Sequence record: MW495066.1
Direction: 5' to 3' (one strand)
Length of the DNA: 32,000 nucleotides
Origin: Microcystis phage MaAM05
In this document: positions 17,685-27,006 of the stretch, one piece after another
Numbering within the stretch: the stretch's first letter is position 1
How the letters are laid out: the number at the start of each line of letters is the position of its first letter
Position numbers and translations under genes: made by a program
Notes under the pieces: generated by a model
Seen by the model: the letters and a program-made list of their open reading frames with translations, nothing else
Databases searched by the model: none
What the model was told of the DNA's origin: nothing

Positions 17685-19286
17685 ATGTCAGGAATAGCTA
17701 GCGTCAAGCAGCGATCACTATTGTCCAGACTCTTCCGCACCAAAAACCTGGACAAAATCCTGGCCGATAACGCCAATCAGGAGCATCAGCTCAAGAAAAC
17801 CCTGAGTGCTTTCGACCTCATTATTTTTGGCGTTGGGGCCATGATTGGGGCCGGTATTTTTGCCTTGACGGGGGCCGCTGCCGTTGGTTCCCCCGATCAT
17901 GCCGCTGCCGGGCCTGCTTTGACCCTATCCTTTGTCCTGACGGGGATTATTTGTAGTTTCTGTGCCCTGTGTTACTCGGAATTTTCGGCCATGGCCCCGA
18001 TTTCGGGCTCTGCTTATACCTACGCGTTTTCCACCATGGGCGAGTTTGTGGCCTGGATCATTGGCTGGGCCCTGGTGCTGGAGTACGCTGTGGGCAACAT
18101 GGCGGTGGCCGTCAGCTGGACGGGCAGTATCAAGGAATTCCTGGCCATGGCGTTCAATATTCATCTGCCCAGCTGGCTGGTCAGTAACACCATTGATACC
18201 GTTTCCCGGGAAGGATTGAAGACTGCGGATATGTCCATCGTCCTCAAGGCCATTCCCTTTGTGATTCCCTTCACCACGGAAGAGAAAATTTTGCTGGTCC
18301 AAAGTGCTTTCAACCTGCCTGCGTTCTTTATCGTGCTGGCAGTGACTGCCTTGTTGCTGGTGGGTGTTTCTGAAAGTGCCCGTACTGCTGCCGTGATGGT
18401 GTTTGTGAAAACGTTTGTGGTCTTGTTGTTCATCCTGATTGGGGCGTTGTTCCTGTTTGGCGGCCACATGGACGTTTTACAGCGCAACTGGTTCGCCGAT
18501 GGCTGGAATACCTTTGCGCCCAATGGGCTGAACGGGATTATTACCGGTGCGTCCACGATTTTCTTTGCCTACATCGGTTTCGATGCCGTTTCAACCGCTG
18601 CCGAAGAGACCAAGAACCCTCAGCGGGATATCCCCATTGGCATTATGGGCTCCCTGGCCATTTGTACCCTGTTGTACATTCTGGTGACGGCGGTCATTAC
18701 CGGGATTGTCCCCCTGCACCAAATCAACAAAGAAGCCGCTGTGGTGGGCGCCATGAAGTACATGGGCTATCCGTGGGCGTCCTGGCTGGTTAGCATCGGA
18801 GCCATTGCCGGTTTGAGTTCGGTATTGCTGGTGCTGCAAATGGGTGGTACCCGTATTTTCTACGCCATTGCCCGGGACGGCCTGTTACCGGCTGCCTTGG
18901 CCAAGATTCACCCCAAATTCCAGACCCCGCATATCTGCACCATGCTGGTGGGTTTGTTTGTGGCCATTGGTGGAGGCTTGCTGCCCATCAATCTGTTGGC
19001 TGAAATGTGCAACATCGGTACCCTGGGCGCGTTCATGATTGTGTGCATTGGGGTGGCTATCTTGCGCTACACCGATGCCAACCGTCATCGTCCCTTCAAA
19101 GCCCCCTTTGGACTGACGTTCCCCATTTTGGGTACGCTGGGCTGCCTGTACGTGATGACTGGCCTGCCTTTGTTTACCTGGGTGGTGACCGGTGCCTGGT
19201 TCCTGCTGGGGATGGCCTTGTATTTCGGATACGGCTTCTGGAACAGTAATATGAACAAGGAGCTGGATGGCGAAGTGCTGTCCTAG
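17685..19286 (+). CDS. APC-superfamily amino acid permease (cationic amino acid transporter-like)
   Basis: 533 aa with about 12-14 hydrophobic helices. The N-terminal pattern 'LKKTLSAFDLIIFGVGAMIGAGIFALTG' is typical of APC/CAT permeases. SD 'AGGGAG' lies upstream. Confidence 0.88.
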   Translation: MSGIASVKQRSLLSRLFRTKNLDKILADNANQEHQLKKTLSAFDLIIFGVGAMIGAGIFALTGAAAVGSPDHAAAGPALTLSFVLTGIICSFCALCYSEFSAMAPISGSAYTYAFSTMGEFVAWIIGWALVLEYAVGNMAVAVSWTGSIKEFLAMAFNIHLPSWLVSNTIDTVSREGLKTADMSIVLKAIPFVIPFTTEEKILLVQSAFNLPAFFIVLAVTALLLVGVSESARTAAVMVFVKTFVVLLFILIGALFLFGGHMDVLQRNWFADGWNTFAPNGLNGIITGASTIFFAYIGFDAVSTAAEETKNPQRDIPIGIMGSLAICTLLYILVTAVITGIVPLHQINKEAAVVGAMKYMGYPWASWLVSIGAIAGLSSVLLVLQMGGTRIFYAIARDGLLPAALAKIHPKFQTPHICTMLVGLFVAIGGGLLPINLLAEMCNIGTLGAFMIVCIGVAILRYTDANRHRPFKAPFGLTFPILGTLGCLYVMTGLPLFTWVVTGAWFLLGMALYFGYGFWNSNMNKELDGEVLS

Positions 19287-19310
19287 TCCCTCTCGAAAAA
19301 TCCTTCAAAT

Positions 19311-19349
19311 AAAAAAAAGCCCCTCGGATTCTAGCTCTGAGGGGCTTTT
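19311..19349. terminator. Bidirectional-type intrinsic terminator after the permease gene
   Basis: The stem is 'AGCCCCTC'/'GAGGGGCT' (8 bp, extendable through A:T pairs) with a 13-nt loop. It has an A8 run 5' and a T4 run 3'. Confidence 0.8.
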
Positions 19350-19714
19350 GGTTGTTGGGAATGTTCTAGCTAAAGACTTTAAAGACTAGTTCTCGTGGTT
19401 GGCGGCAGAACCAAGTGGTTGCGCCACTCACTGGTAAATACTTTATCACCCCTTTGGGCTAATCCATATCATTTTAATGGAGGACATTTAAAAAATCAGA
19501 AAAACGGATGCTGTTTTAAAGCCCCCTTGGGTTAAGACGCGTCTTTTTTTCTTTTTATCGGATATGGAAGCAACTCTTATCACGCTTCTTTTTTTATTGT
19601 ATAAACCTCACTGTGTATTGCTGGCCTTGTAACGGCCAATGGATGTAGGAATCAAGCTTTTGGGCTTCGCCTTGGGTTGAAATCAAGGCGTCTGGATTAA
19701 AAAGGATATTGGCG

Positions 19715-19963
19715 ATGAAAGATTTTCATGGTTTTGTCAGAAAGTTGCTGGGTGTTTGGCTGGTTTGCTATGCCCTGATTTTAATGCCCGGTTTGCTGAA
19801 GGGCTTGGTCATGTTTGTTCTGGCGGACTTTACCATGCCAGCCAAGCATTACTTTGATATAATCAGCACCATCCACCGGGGAGCCTTATGGCTAATCCCA
19901 ACCGTATTTCTGGCCGTTTCCTACTACTTGTCCCGCCCCGGCAAAAAAATGCTACAAGGTTAA
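19715..19963 (+). CDS. Small hypothetical membrane protein (82 aa, two predicted helices)
   Basis: The ATG at 19715 has 'AAGGA' about 10 nt upstream. Hydrophobic segments are 'LLGVWLVCYALILMPGLL..LVMFVLA' and 'ALWLIPTVFLAVSYYL'. The gene lies immediately upstream of mnmA. Confidence 0.5.
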   Translation: MKDFHGFVRKLLGVWLVCYALILMPGLLKGLVMFVLADFTMPAKHYFDIISTIHRGALWLIPTVFLAVSYYLSRPGKKMLQG

Positions 19964-19989
19964 TGCTACAAGGCTAATTGCACCCTTTT

Positions 19990-21153
19990 ATGTCACTCAA
20001 TTTTCTGCCAGCCACCAAGAAAAGAGTCGCCGTTGCCATGAGTGGCGGGGTAGACAGCAGTGTGGCCGCCTATTTAATGGCCAAGGCCGGACATGACGTG
20101 GTGGGCTTGACGGCCTGGACGTTGAACGGGCCGGGCAAATGCTGTAATGACGCGCTGGTCAATGCCGGACGCGTCTGTGAAATGCTGGGTGTGCCCTACG
20201 ATACCGTCGACCTGCGGGCCGAGTTTTCCCACTTTGTCATGGATTACTACAACAACTCCTATCAGGCTGGGCTGACCCCCAACCCCTGCGTGGAGTGTAA
20301 CCGCTACGTCAAATGGGAATTGCTGGTGCGCTATGCCGTGGATGTGCTGGGGGTTGATTATGTGGCCACCGGACATTACGCCATCCTCAGCCCGGCGGCG
20401 CATGGGGTGAATGTTTATCGCTCCGTGGATGAGCATAAGGATCAGACCTACATGATGGCTCGGGTCTACCCGAAAGACCTGAGCAAAACCCTGTTTCCGC
20501 TGGGGGAAATGACCAAGCCTCAGGTGACCGCCCTGGCCCGCGAGCTGGATTTACCGACGGCCTACAGCAAGGAGTCTCAGGATATTTGCTTTGTGCTGAA
20601 CGGTCAACACAACTACATGGATTTAACCTTTGGCAAGCAGCCCGGTCACTTTGTGGATGCCGATACCGGCAAAGTGCTGGGCCAGCACGATGGCTATTAC
20701 CGCTTTACCCTGGGTCAGCGCAAAGGGATTGGGGTGGCTGCCGGGCGTCCGGTGTATGTCACTAAAATCGATCCCCATACCAACACGGTCTATTTGGGTG
20801 ATGCCCATCACTTGCAGAGTACCACTTTTAGCGTACTCTCACCCAATTGGCTAGTCCCGGGTCTGGACGAACCGGACGCCTTACCGCGGGAATTTATGGT
20901 CAAGATTCGCTACAATTCACCGCCGGTGCTAGGCCGGGTTGAGTGGTTAGATCATGCCGCCAGAAGTTTGAAAGTGACCTTGCATACCGCTCAATCGGCC
21001 ATCACCCCGGGGCAGATCGCCGCGTTTTACGATACCGAGTTCAGGCAGTTGTTTGGCGGCGGCTACATTGAGCGTTACTTGTCTCATCAGCCCTTTGATG
21101 AGAGTAAGCGGGACAATTTACCGGACTTGTATTGTCAGGTGGCCTCCGCTTAG
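19990..21153 (+). CDS. mnmA: tRNA-specific 2-thiouridylase (tRNA U34 2-thiolation)
   Basis: PP-loop 'VAVAMSGGVDSSVAAYL', 'NPCVECNRYVKW' and 'KDQTYM' motifs. The start is taken at the ATG at 19990; the track ORF begins at a TTG at 19978. Confidence 0.93.
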   Translation: MSLNFLPATKKRVAVAMSGGVDSSVAAYLMAKAGHDVVGLTAWTLNGPGKCCNDALVNAGRVCEMLGVPYDTVDLRAEFSHFVMDYYNNSYQAGLTPNPCVECNRYVKWELLVRYAVDVLGVDYVATGHYAILSPAAHGVNVYRSVDEHKDQTYMMARVYPKDLSKTLFPLGEMTKPQVTALARELDLPTAYSKESQDICFVLNGQHNYMDLTFGKQPGHFVDADTGKVLGQHDGYYRFTLGQRKGIGVAAGRPVYVTKIDPHTNTVYLGDAHHLQSTTFSVLSPNWLVPGLDEPDALPREFMVKIRYNSPPVLGRVEWLDHAARSLKVTLHTAQSAITPGQIAAFYDTEFRQLFGGGYIERYLSHQPFDESKRDNLPDLYCQVASA

Positions 21154-21191
21154 GAGAGGCCTCGGCAAGATCCCTTCCGCATGCCCAGCGA

Positions 21192-22187
21192 TTAGCTTTG
21201 CTCGATGAGCTTGACGTAAATGAGGCCCTGCTGCTCCGGCTTGATGTCGCTTGGAAAGACCGTGTTGTCGTTGTATTTGGCCCCTTTGAGAATGGCTCCT
21301 TGCAGGTTAGCCCCTTTTAAATTGGCGTCTTCCAGGTTGGCCAGGCTGAAAATAGTTCCTTGCAGGGACGCTCGGCTGAGATCGGCGCCTTTTAGGTTGG
21401 CCTGACTGAAGTTGGTCTGAAACGCTTTAACCCCTTGCAGGCAAGCGCCGCTTAGATTGGCCTCGGTGAACTGAGCCTGATTGAGATTGGCCTGTTGCAG
21501 GTTGGCTTGTCGTAGAATCGCTGAGGGGAATTTGGCGTTTCGCATCAAAGTGCCCTGCATGCTGGCTTGAGTGAGATCGGCCCAACCCATTTGGGCCATT
21601 TCCAGGTCGGCCTTGTCCAGATTGGCGTTGATAAATTTGGCAGATTGGGCCTGCGCTTTCAAAAAGTTGGCTTTCACCAGATGGGCTTCCGTGAAATTGG
21701 CATGGGCAAACTTGCCTTCCCACAGTTCGGCCATTTCCAGGTAGGCTCTCTCCAAATTGGCTTGCCCAAAATCGGATTGACTGAGATCGGCCAGCCGTAA
21801 ATTGGCATCGGCAAAGTTGGCTTTTACACAGTGGGCGGTGGACAGGTTGGCTTTTTCCAACATGGCGCCGGACAGCTTGGCGCCCTCCAGTTTGGCCCCT
21901 TTAAAAATGGCCTTGCTTAAATTCGCCTCTTGTAAATTACTGTTGCCCAGGTTGGCCCCCCGGAAGTTGCCATTGGCCAGATTTGCGCCGGAGAGATTGG
22001 CGTTGAAGAGCACGGAATGACAGAATTCCACATTCGGCAGCTCTTTGCCGCTTAAATCCGCGTAAAGCAGGTTTTCAGCGTCAATTTCCAGCAGCAAAGC
22101 TCCATTTTGGCTTTTGATGGCAAGCATAAAACGGGTTGAATCACTTTCCAGTGCGGTTTGACTCGTTTGGGACGCACTTTTTCGCAA
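21192..22187 (-). CDS. Pentapeptide-repeat protein
   Basis: About 55 consecutive A(D/N)LxX pentapeptides, e.g. 'ANLSGANLANGNFRGANLGNSNLQEANLSKAIFKGAKLEGAKLSGAMLEKANL'. Confidence 0.92.
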   Translation of the reverse strand: MRKSASQTSQTALESDSTRFMLAIKSQNGALLLEIDAENLLYADLSGKELPNVEFCHSVLFNANLSGANLANGNFRGANLGNSNLQEANLSKAIFKGAKLEGAKLSGAMLEKANLSTAHCVKANFADANLRLADLSQSDFGQANLERAYLEMAELWEGKFAHANFTEAHLVKANFLKAQAQSAKFINANLDKADLEMAQMGWADLTQASMQGTLMRNAKFPSAILRQANLQQANLNQAQFTEANLSGACLQGVKAFQTNFSQANLKGADLSRASLQGTIFSLANLEDANLKGANLQGAILKGAKYNDNTVFPSDIKPEQQGLIYVKLIEQS

Positions 22188-22271
22188 GTAGAACTAAAAA
22201 GGATGTTTCCTGAATATACTTCTTATGGATTAGTTTATCAGAAATTAAACATTTATTACGATGCCGACCGA

Positions 22272-23969
22272 TTACTGTAAGTGCGTGTTCATAAAACGCA
22301 GTAGAGGCCCTAAATCTGTGGGGTCGTGATACCCCAGCCGGGCACTTAGGGTCTGCTGGGGCAAATTGCCATCGGCCCACAGGGTTTTGAGAAACGCGCC
22401 TGCCTTGGGGTTGGCGTACCAGTCCTCGCCGTTTGTTTCCGCTGTGCCGAAGTGCTGACACAGGTACTCTCTCAGTTGAGCCTCCAGACTCCAGGCCGTA
22501 AAGTAGTCGGCCACGTAAAAACCAGCGTCCACGTCCCGAGTCCAACCTTCGGCGTCGTATTTAAAGCCGCAGCCCAAAGTCAGCAACCCGGCATAAACGC
22601 TTCCCTTGTCGCTGAGGGTGTAACCCGGCTCATTGACGCCCTCAAACAGCGCCAACTCAAACTGCATTTTGCTGGCGTAGCGGCGCAGCATATATAAATC
22701 TTCCAGGGCGCGTCGTTGTACCGCCAATCGGGCCTGATCCGGGGTTAGCCCGGCCATGTGGGTCAGCCAGTGGGCGTTCATAAACAGATTCTGGAACAGG
22801 TAGGCATAGGTTTCCGTGGTGGTGTTGTTGCCCATTAAGGCCATGGCGAAGCTGAGTTCCGGTTTTTCATAGGCAAAGTGCTGGGCATGGCCAGACTCAT
22901 GGAAAAAGGCCGAGTAGTCATCCAGACCGCCTTCGGGTTTGACGGACAGATAAATCTCAGCGGGCACCGCCGCGGGGTACACGTAGGCTCTGGAGCGCTT
23001 ACCTTCCCGGTTGGCGATGTCCAGCAGGATCCGACGCAGGGCTGGCTGCTTGGGATTCATGTGATCCGTTTTTTGAACCACTTCCTGCTCAAACGCTTCC
23101 AGATTTTCGAAATTGGCGGGTTGGGCAATGGTGGAGAAGTCCAGACCCAGGCCGTCAAAGGTTTGCGTGGCCAGCGGCACCAGTTTGCTTTGCGGAAATT
23201 GCCGGTTAATGGCTTCCATTTCCACGGAGGCGTGTCCGTGCAGGACATAGGAAATATCGGCCCGGGTGGCCTCGGTGGCGAAATCAAGCCCGGTAACCGC
23301 TTGATAGTGCTGCCCCATTAGCCGAGTGTAAAGGACTTGCGTTTCTGTGACCAGTTTTTGACCGTTTTCTCCCAGTTTTTTCAGGTCATGCCCGCTGGTG
23401 TGACTGTAAAAGTCAATGATATTCCGGTATCCCAGCCCTGCCAGCAGGCCATTCTCTTTTTCAAACAGTTCAATAAACTGGGCGGACAAGTTTTCGGTGT
23501 AGGCCTGGGCCATGCGATCGTACAAGGCTTGCCGAATCGCCTTGTTTGCGGTTTTTTTCAGCCACTCCGAAACATCTTCATACAAGAGCTGCTCAATGGT
23601 TTCTCCGTTGCCGTTCTTCAGGCCCAAATCGCTGACCGGGATTTTGAGCTGATTCTTGGCGTTCTGAAAGGCATCGGACAGGGCGGCCAGTTGGCTGCCA
23701 ATGTAAGTGCCCAGCACCGAGGTGAACAGTCGTTTGGTTTCTTCATGCTGTGGGTTTTGATCGTACAGTCGTTTGAGCCGATGAAAGGTGGCCTCATCGC
23801 TGAGGATGGGGTATTTGGCGTAAATGTCCTGAGAGTTGTATGTTTCCGCCAATTTGGCCGTGGCGAACAGGTAGTAGGCCCGGGCAAAATCCTTGTTGGA
23901 GCTGGAAAACGCTTCTTCCAGCGCTTCCAAAAAGGCGGAATCGTTTTCAATAGCAGGTGCGATACTCAT
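22272..23969 (-). CDS. M3-family oligoendopeptidase (PepF-like)
   Basis: About 565 aa with zinc motif 'FFHESGHAQHF' (HExxH) in the expected C-terminal half, and a downstream 'E' ligand region. The start is either the ATG at 23969 or the one at 23987. Confidence 0.75.
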   Translation of the reverse strand: MSIAPAIENDSAFLEALEEAFSSSNKDFARAYYLFATAKLAETYNSQDIYAKYPILSDEATFHRLKRLYDQNPQHEETKRLFTSVLGTYIGSQLAALSDAFQNAKNQLKIPVSDLGLKNGNGETIEQLLYEDVSEWLKKTANKAIRQALYDRMAQAYTENLSAQFIELFEKENGLLAGLGYRNIIDFYSHTSGHDLKKLGENGQKLVTETQVLYTRLMGQHYQAVTGLDFATEATRADISYVLHGHASVEMEAINRQFPQSKLVPLATQTFDGLGLDFSTIAQPANFENLEAFEQEVVQKTDHMNPKQPALRRILLDIANREGKRSRAYVYPAAVPAEIYLSVKPEGGLDDYSAFFHESGHAQHFAYEKPELSFAMALMGNNTTTETYAYLFQNLFMNAHWLTHMAGLTPDQARLAVQRRALEDLYMLRRYASKMQFELALFEGVNEPGYTLSDKGSVYAGLLTLGCGFKYDAEGWTRDVDAGFYVADYFTAWSLEAQLREYLCQHFGTAETNGEDWYANPKAGAFLKTLWADGNLPQQTLSARLGYHDPTDLGPLLRFMNTHLQ

Positions 23970-24106
23970 ACAGCGCTCAGTCCCCATTCAACACAGCTGG
24001 GCTTGTCCGAAAAAGGCGAAAATGCGTTCGACCCTCTGACTGGTCAATCCCCTGTACCTATTATACGCCTTGCCAGTCTGGATGACTGCAAGCGGTGATT
24101 TTTATC

Positions 24107-24850
24107 CTAGAACGATCGTTGGGCCGTCAGCGGGGATAAGCCCAACGCGGCTCGGGCTTGACGCTCATAGTCAAAGGCCTCGCGCTCTAAGGGGGTGTCA
24201 TAGGGCAATTGCCCGTGGGTCATCCATTGGGCCAACCGATGGCTCAGGATTTTGGGCCAGTTTTGCCGGGCGTGCCGATATTCATGGGCCAAAACGGCGG
24301 CCTTCTCGCCATCGCTTAAAGCCCAAAAGGCAGGGCCAATATAAAGATTTCCGCTCCAGGGCTCATAGGCGGCCAACAGTGGGGTCTCTGAAGACTGTCC
24401 GTAGGCGGACTGCCATTTTTCTTGGGTCTCATAAATAATTTTTTGTTGACGATTCAGTTGATACAGCCATTCCGCCAGTGACGGAGACAGGGCCAGGAGC
24501 AGGCTGCGCCCGCCCGAAAGGGTGTTCCAGTTGGCAGGGGCTTTCAGGTTCGGGGAGCTGTTTTGCCGGGCGGCGCTCTGGATTTCCCGGATGCCGGAGA
24601 GATCGTTGAAACCGGGCAGTGTGCCATCTCCCACCCCTTGATCATAGAGGGTACACAGACCCAGTATAATTAGCGCCCCGCTCAGCCAACGGGTTGCTTG
24701 ACGCTGTATGGTCTGGTAGACCTCCAACAGTTCGGCAAGCCATTTTTCCCAATTTGGATGGGGTTTTGGCCCGTGAAGGCTTCCGGTCAATGTTGTGGGT
24801 ATTTTGCCGGGCCAGAAAGGGAGAGAGGCGAGGGGCATAGCGGAGGGCAT
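24107..24850 (-). CDS. Hypothetical membrane-anchored protein with HExxH zinc-peptidase-like motif
   Basis: One hydrophobic helix 'WLSGALIILGLCTLY'. The C-terminal motif is 'AAVLAHEYRHARQNW'. I did not recognise a family. Confidence 0.55.
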   Translation of the reverse strand: MPSAMPLASLPFWPGKIPTTLTGSLHGPKPHPNWEKWLAELLEVYQTIQRQATRWLSGALIILGLCTLYDQGVGDGTLPGFNDLSGIREIQSAARQNSSPNLKAPANWNTLSGGRSLLLALSPSLAEWLYQLNRQQKIIYETQEKWQSAYGQSSETPLLAAYEPWSGNLYIGPAFWALSDGEKAAVLAHEYRHARQNWPKILSHRLAQWMTHGQLPYDTPLEREAFDYERQARAALGLSPLTAQRSF

Positions 24851-24871
24851 TCCAGTTTGGCGATGAACGAC

Positions 24872-24919
24872 GGTTTAGAACTATGGTTTAAAACTATGGT
24901 TTAGAACTACGATTTAAAC
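24872..24919. repeat. 13-bp tandem direct repeat, 3 full copies plus a partial copy
   Basis: 'GGTTTAGAACTAT' (24872-84), 'GGTTTAAAACTAT' (24885-97), 'GGTTTAGAACTAC' (24898-910) and partial 'GATTTAAAC' (24911-19). The array lies 22-70 bp upstream of the start codon at 24850. Confidence 0.9.
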
Positions 24920-24969
24920 GCCGCTCACTGGAATTTGATGCCTGATTATTTTAGGGGCGCCCCTGAGCT

Positions 24970-25722
24970 TTAAACCAGCGGCTTCAGGGGGGTCAGGGTT
25001 AAATCCTTGATAAACACTTTCTCCGGCTGATTCAGAATATAGGTCACCGCTTCGGCCACGTGTTCCGGGTCTAGCATGCCGTCCCGCTTGGGAGCGGCGT
25101 CCTCAGTGTGCAGGCCCTGCCAGATGGCCGTATCCACCGCACCGGGATAGATGCCGATGACCTTGATGTTGTTGCTGCGCTGTTCCTCGGCCACGGCCTC
25201 GGTAATGGCGTATAGGCCAAACTTGGAGGCATCGTAAACCCCCCAGAAGGGGTAGGCGGTTTTGCCTGCCACCGAGTTGATATTGATGATAATGCCGCCC
25301 GCCTGCTGCACCATAATCGGCAACACCCCGTGCATGAAGTAAATGGCCCCTTTCAGGTTGGTATCAATGGTGCGATCGATATCGGCAATAGTCATTTCCT
25401 GAAGCAGGCCCAACTTGGCGGCCACACCGGCGTTGTTGATGAGGACATCGATCTTGCCGAAGGTTTTCTGGGTGGTTTCTATGACCCGTTGCACCTGTTC
25501 GACGTCTCGCACATCGCAAGCCAGGGGCAGGGTTTGCACGTTGGGATGGGCCAGCGCTAAATCCTGGGAAAGCCGGGTTAATTTTTCCACGTTGCGTGCG
25601 CATAAAACCAGATGAATGCCCAACGGGGCCAGATGGTGGGCGATGGCTTGCCCAATGCCCTGGCTGGCCCCGGTAATAATGGCGACTTGCCCCTGAAGAT
25701 TGCTGGAAGAACTGGCTGGCAT
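24970..25722 (-). CDS. Short-chain dehydrogenase/reductase (classical SDR)
   Basis: Cofactor motif 'ITGASQGIGQAIA' (TGxxxGxG), 'NNAG', and catalytic 'YDASK' (YxxxK). Confidence 0.9.
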   Translation of the reverse strand: MPASSSSNLQGQVAIITGASQGIGQAIAHHLAPLGIHLVLCARNVEKLTRLSQDLALAHPNVQTLPLACDVRDVEQVQRVIETTQKTFGKIDVLINNAGVAAKLGLLQEMTIADIDRTIDTNLKGAIYFMHGVLPIMVQQAGGIIININSVAGKTAYPFWGVYDASKFGLYAITEAVAEEQRSNNIKVIGIYPGAVDTAIWQGLHTEDAAPKRDGMLDPEHVAEAVTYILNQPEKVFIKDLTLTPLKPLV

Positions 25723-25999
25723 GGAGACTCCTTTGAGGGATGACGATGATTCGTATCTCGTTAGCGTATCTCTAAATTTCGGATTTGCAAAATCCGGTAC
25801 TAGGGTGTTTTTGTATGAAATGTAAGCGCTTGTAAAGGGTGGAAATGCCCTTGCTGAAAGTGTGTTATGATATTTTAAGTTGAATTATTGAGTGATGTAC
25901 GTTTGGCAGTTTAGTTTGTAATTTGGCAGGGCATTGAGCTTTGCAGAATCACTTTTTCGTTGTGTGATTTGGTTGAGTTATTTGTTGAAGGAGAATCAA

Positions 26000-26545
26000 A
26001 TGAATCGTTTTTTCAAAGGCGCCCTTTTGGCTGCCGCTGTTGCTGTGGCCATGGTTCCGGCCAACGTGTTCGCTGAGGAAGGCCCTTACGCCACGTTTGA
26101 AATCAAAGTGAATCCCAACCCGTCTGTCTCCAACCTGAGCCCGGCGATTGTAGAGCCCATTACCAAGGATCAGGTTTCTTTCCACATCATCAACAACACT
26201 GGTAAAGCCCTGTTTTTCAACGGGAACGATGGCCAGTATATTCCCCTGGTTTCCAACAACACGGTGACCGTTCCCTACAAAGCCGGAGAGGCCTATAAAG
26301 TGGTGGATGCCGATGGAGCCACCGTGGCTGAATGGGATTTGAATGGCCGCATGGAAGGTCAGGTGCCCAACGTGTCCTCTGCCTCCAAAGAGCAGTTTGC
26401 CGCTTGGGGCAGCACCTTGCAGCAAGTCATCGAAAACCAGAAAGTGGCTTATCAGGAGCCTGCCGCCAAGCCTGAGCCTCGCTACTATGAAAGCCGCTCT
26501 TCCCGCAGCGCTTCCAGTGGCACCACCGTTCGCGGCTACTGGTAA
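26000..26545 (+). CDS. Secreted hypothetical protein (181 aa)
   Basis: The ATG at 26000 has SD 'GAAGGAG' upstream. Signal peptide 'MNRFFKGALLAAAVAVAMVPANVFA/EE'. The mature part looks beta-rich and ends in a basic Ser/Arg tail. The track ORF starts earlier, at a TTG at 25934. Confidence 0.7.
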   Translation: MNRFFKGALLAAAVAVAMVPANVFAEEGPYATFEIKVNPNPSVSNLSPAIVEPITKDQVSFHIINNTGKALFFNGNDGQYIPLVSNNTVTVPYKAGEAYKVVDADGATVAEWDLNGRMEGQVPNVSSASKEQFAAWGSTLQQVIENQKVAYQEPAAKPEPRYYESRSSRSASSGTTVRGYW

Positions 26546-26570
26546 CCGTCTGCTATAGCGGATTAAACTC

Positions 26571-26611
26571 AAAAATCCCGTCCCGGTTCAAGGCCAGGGC
26601 GGGATTTTTTT
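26571..26611. terminator. Intrinsic terminator between convergent genes
   Basis: 10-bp stem 'AATCCCGTCC'/'GGGCGGGATT' (one GU pair) with a 13-nt loop. A5 precedes it and T7 follows. Confidence 0.8.
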
Positions 26612-26662
26612 CAGAGATCAGTTTAAGGGTTTAGATTCAGGAATCAGAACGCTGCAAAGGGG

Positions 26663-26980
26663 CTAGGCGGATTGGCTGGCAGCGCCATTCAGTCGTTCGG
26701 GATACCACAGGGTAATGGGGCTTTCAAAGCCCATAATAAAAAAGTCACAGCCAAAGGCTTTGAGCTGCTCCAGGGCTTGATGGATTTCCACGGCGGAGCA
26801 TTCAAAATATTCAGCCATGCTGAGCAACGATGGCAGAAATAAGCACTGCTCACTGTCCTCGTGATATTGGGACAGCATGAGGGCAAGATAGCTTTGTATG
26901 TCCATCGACTGCAACTGGGCGCAGGTTTGGGTGGCTTGCGTCGTAAAATCCTGGGTCGATAGGGTTTGACTTTTGAACAT
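26663..26980 (-). CDS. Small winged-helix (GntR-like HTH) protein with no effector domain
   Basis: 'LPSLLSMAEYFECSAVEIHQALEQLKAFG' follows the GntR-family HTH pattern LPS.r.lA..fgvS..tV..A...L...G. The protein is only 105 aa. SD 'AGAGGG' lies 7 nt upstream, and the gene is 26 nt downstream of the preceding ORF. Confidence 0.5.
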   Translation of the reverse strand: MFKSQTLSTQDFTTQATQTCAQLQSMDIQSYLALMLSQYHEDSEQCLFLPSLLSMAEYFECSAVEIHQALEQLKAFGCDFFIMGFESPITLWYPERLNGAASQSA

Positions 26981-27006
26981 AGGTAAGCCCTCTTTTCTCT
27001 TCAGGG

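Noticed and set aside
25902-25929. 'TTTGGCAG' repeated with 20-bp phasing upstream of the secreted-protein gene. It also looks like a sigma-54 -24 'TGGCA' element.
   Set aside because: No GC dinucleotide lies at the required -12 spacing after either TGGCA, so it is not a sigma-54 promoter. One repeated 8-mer within a ~280-bp region is expected by chance fairly often.
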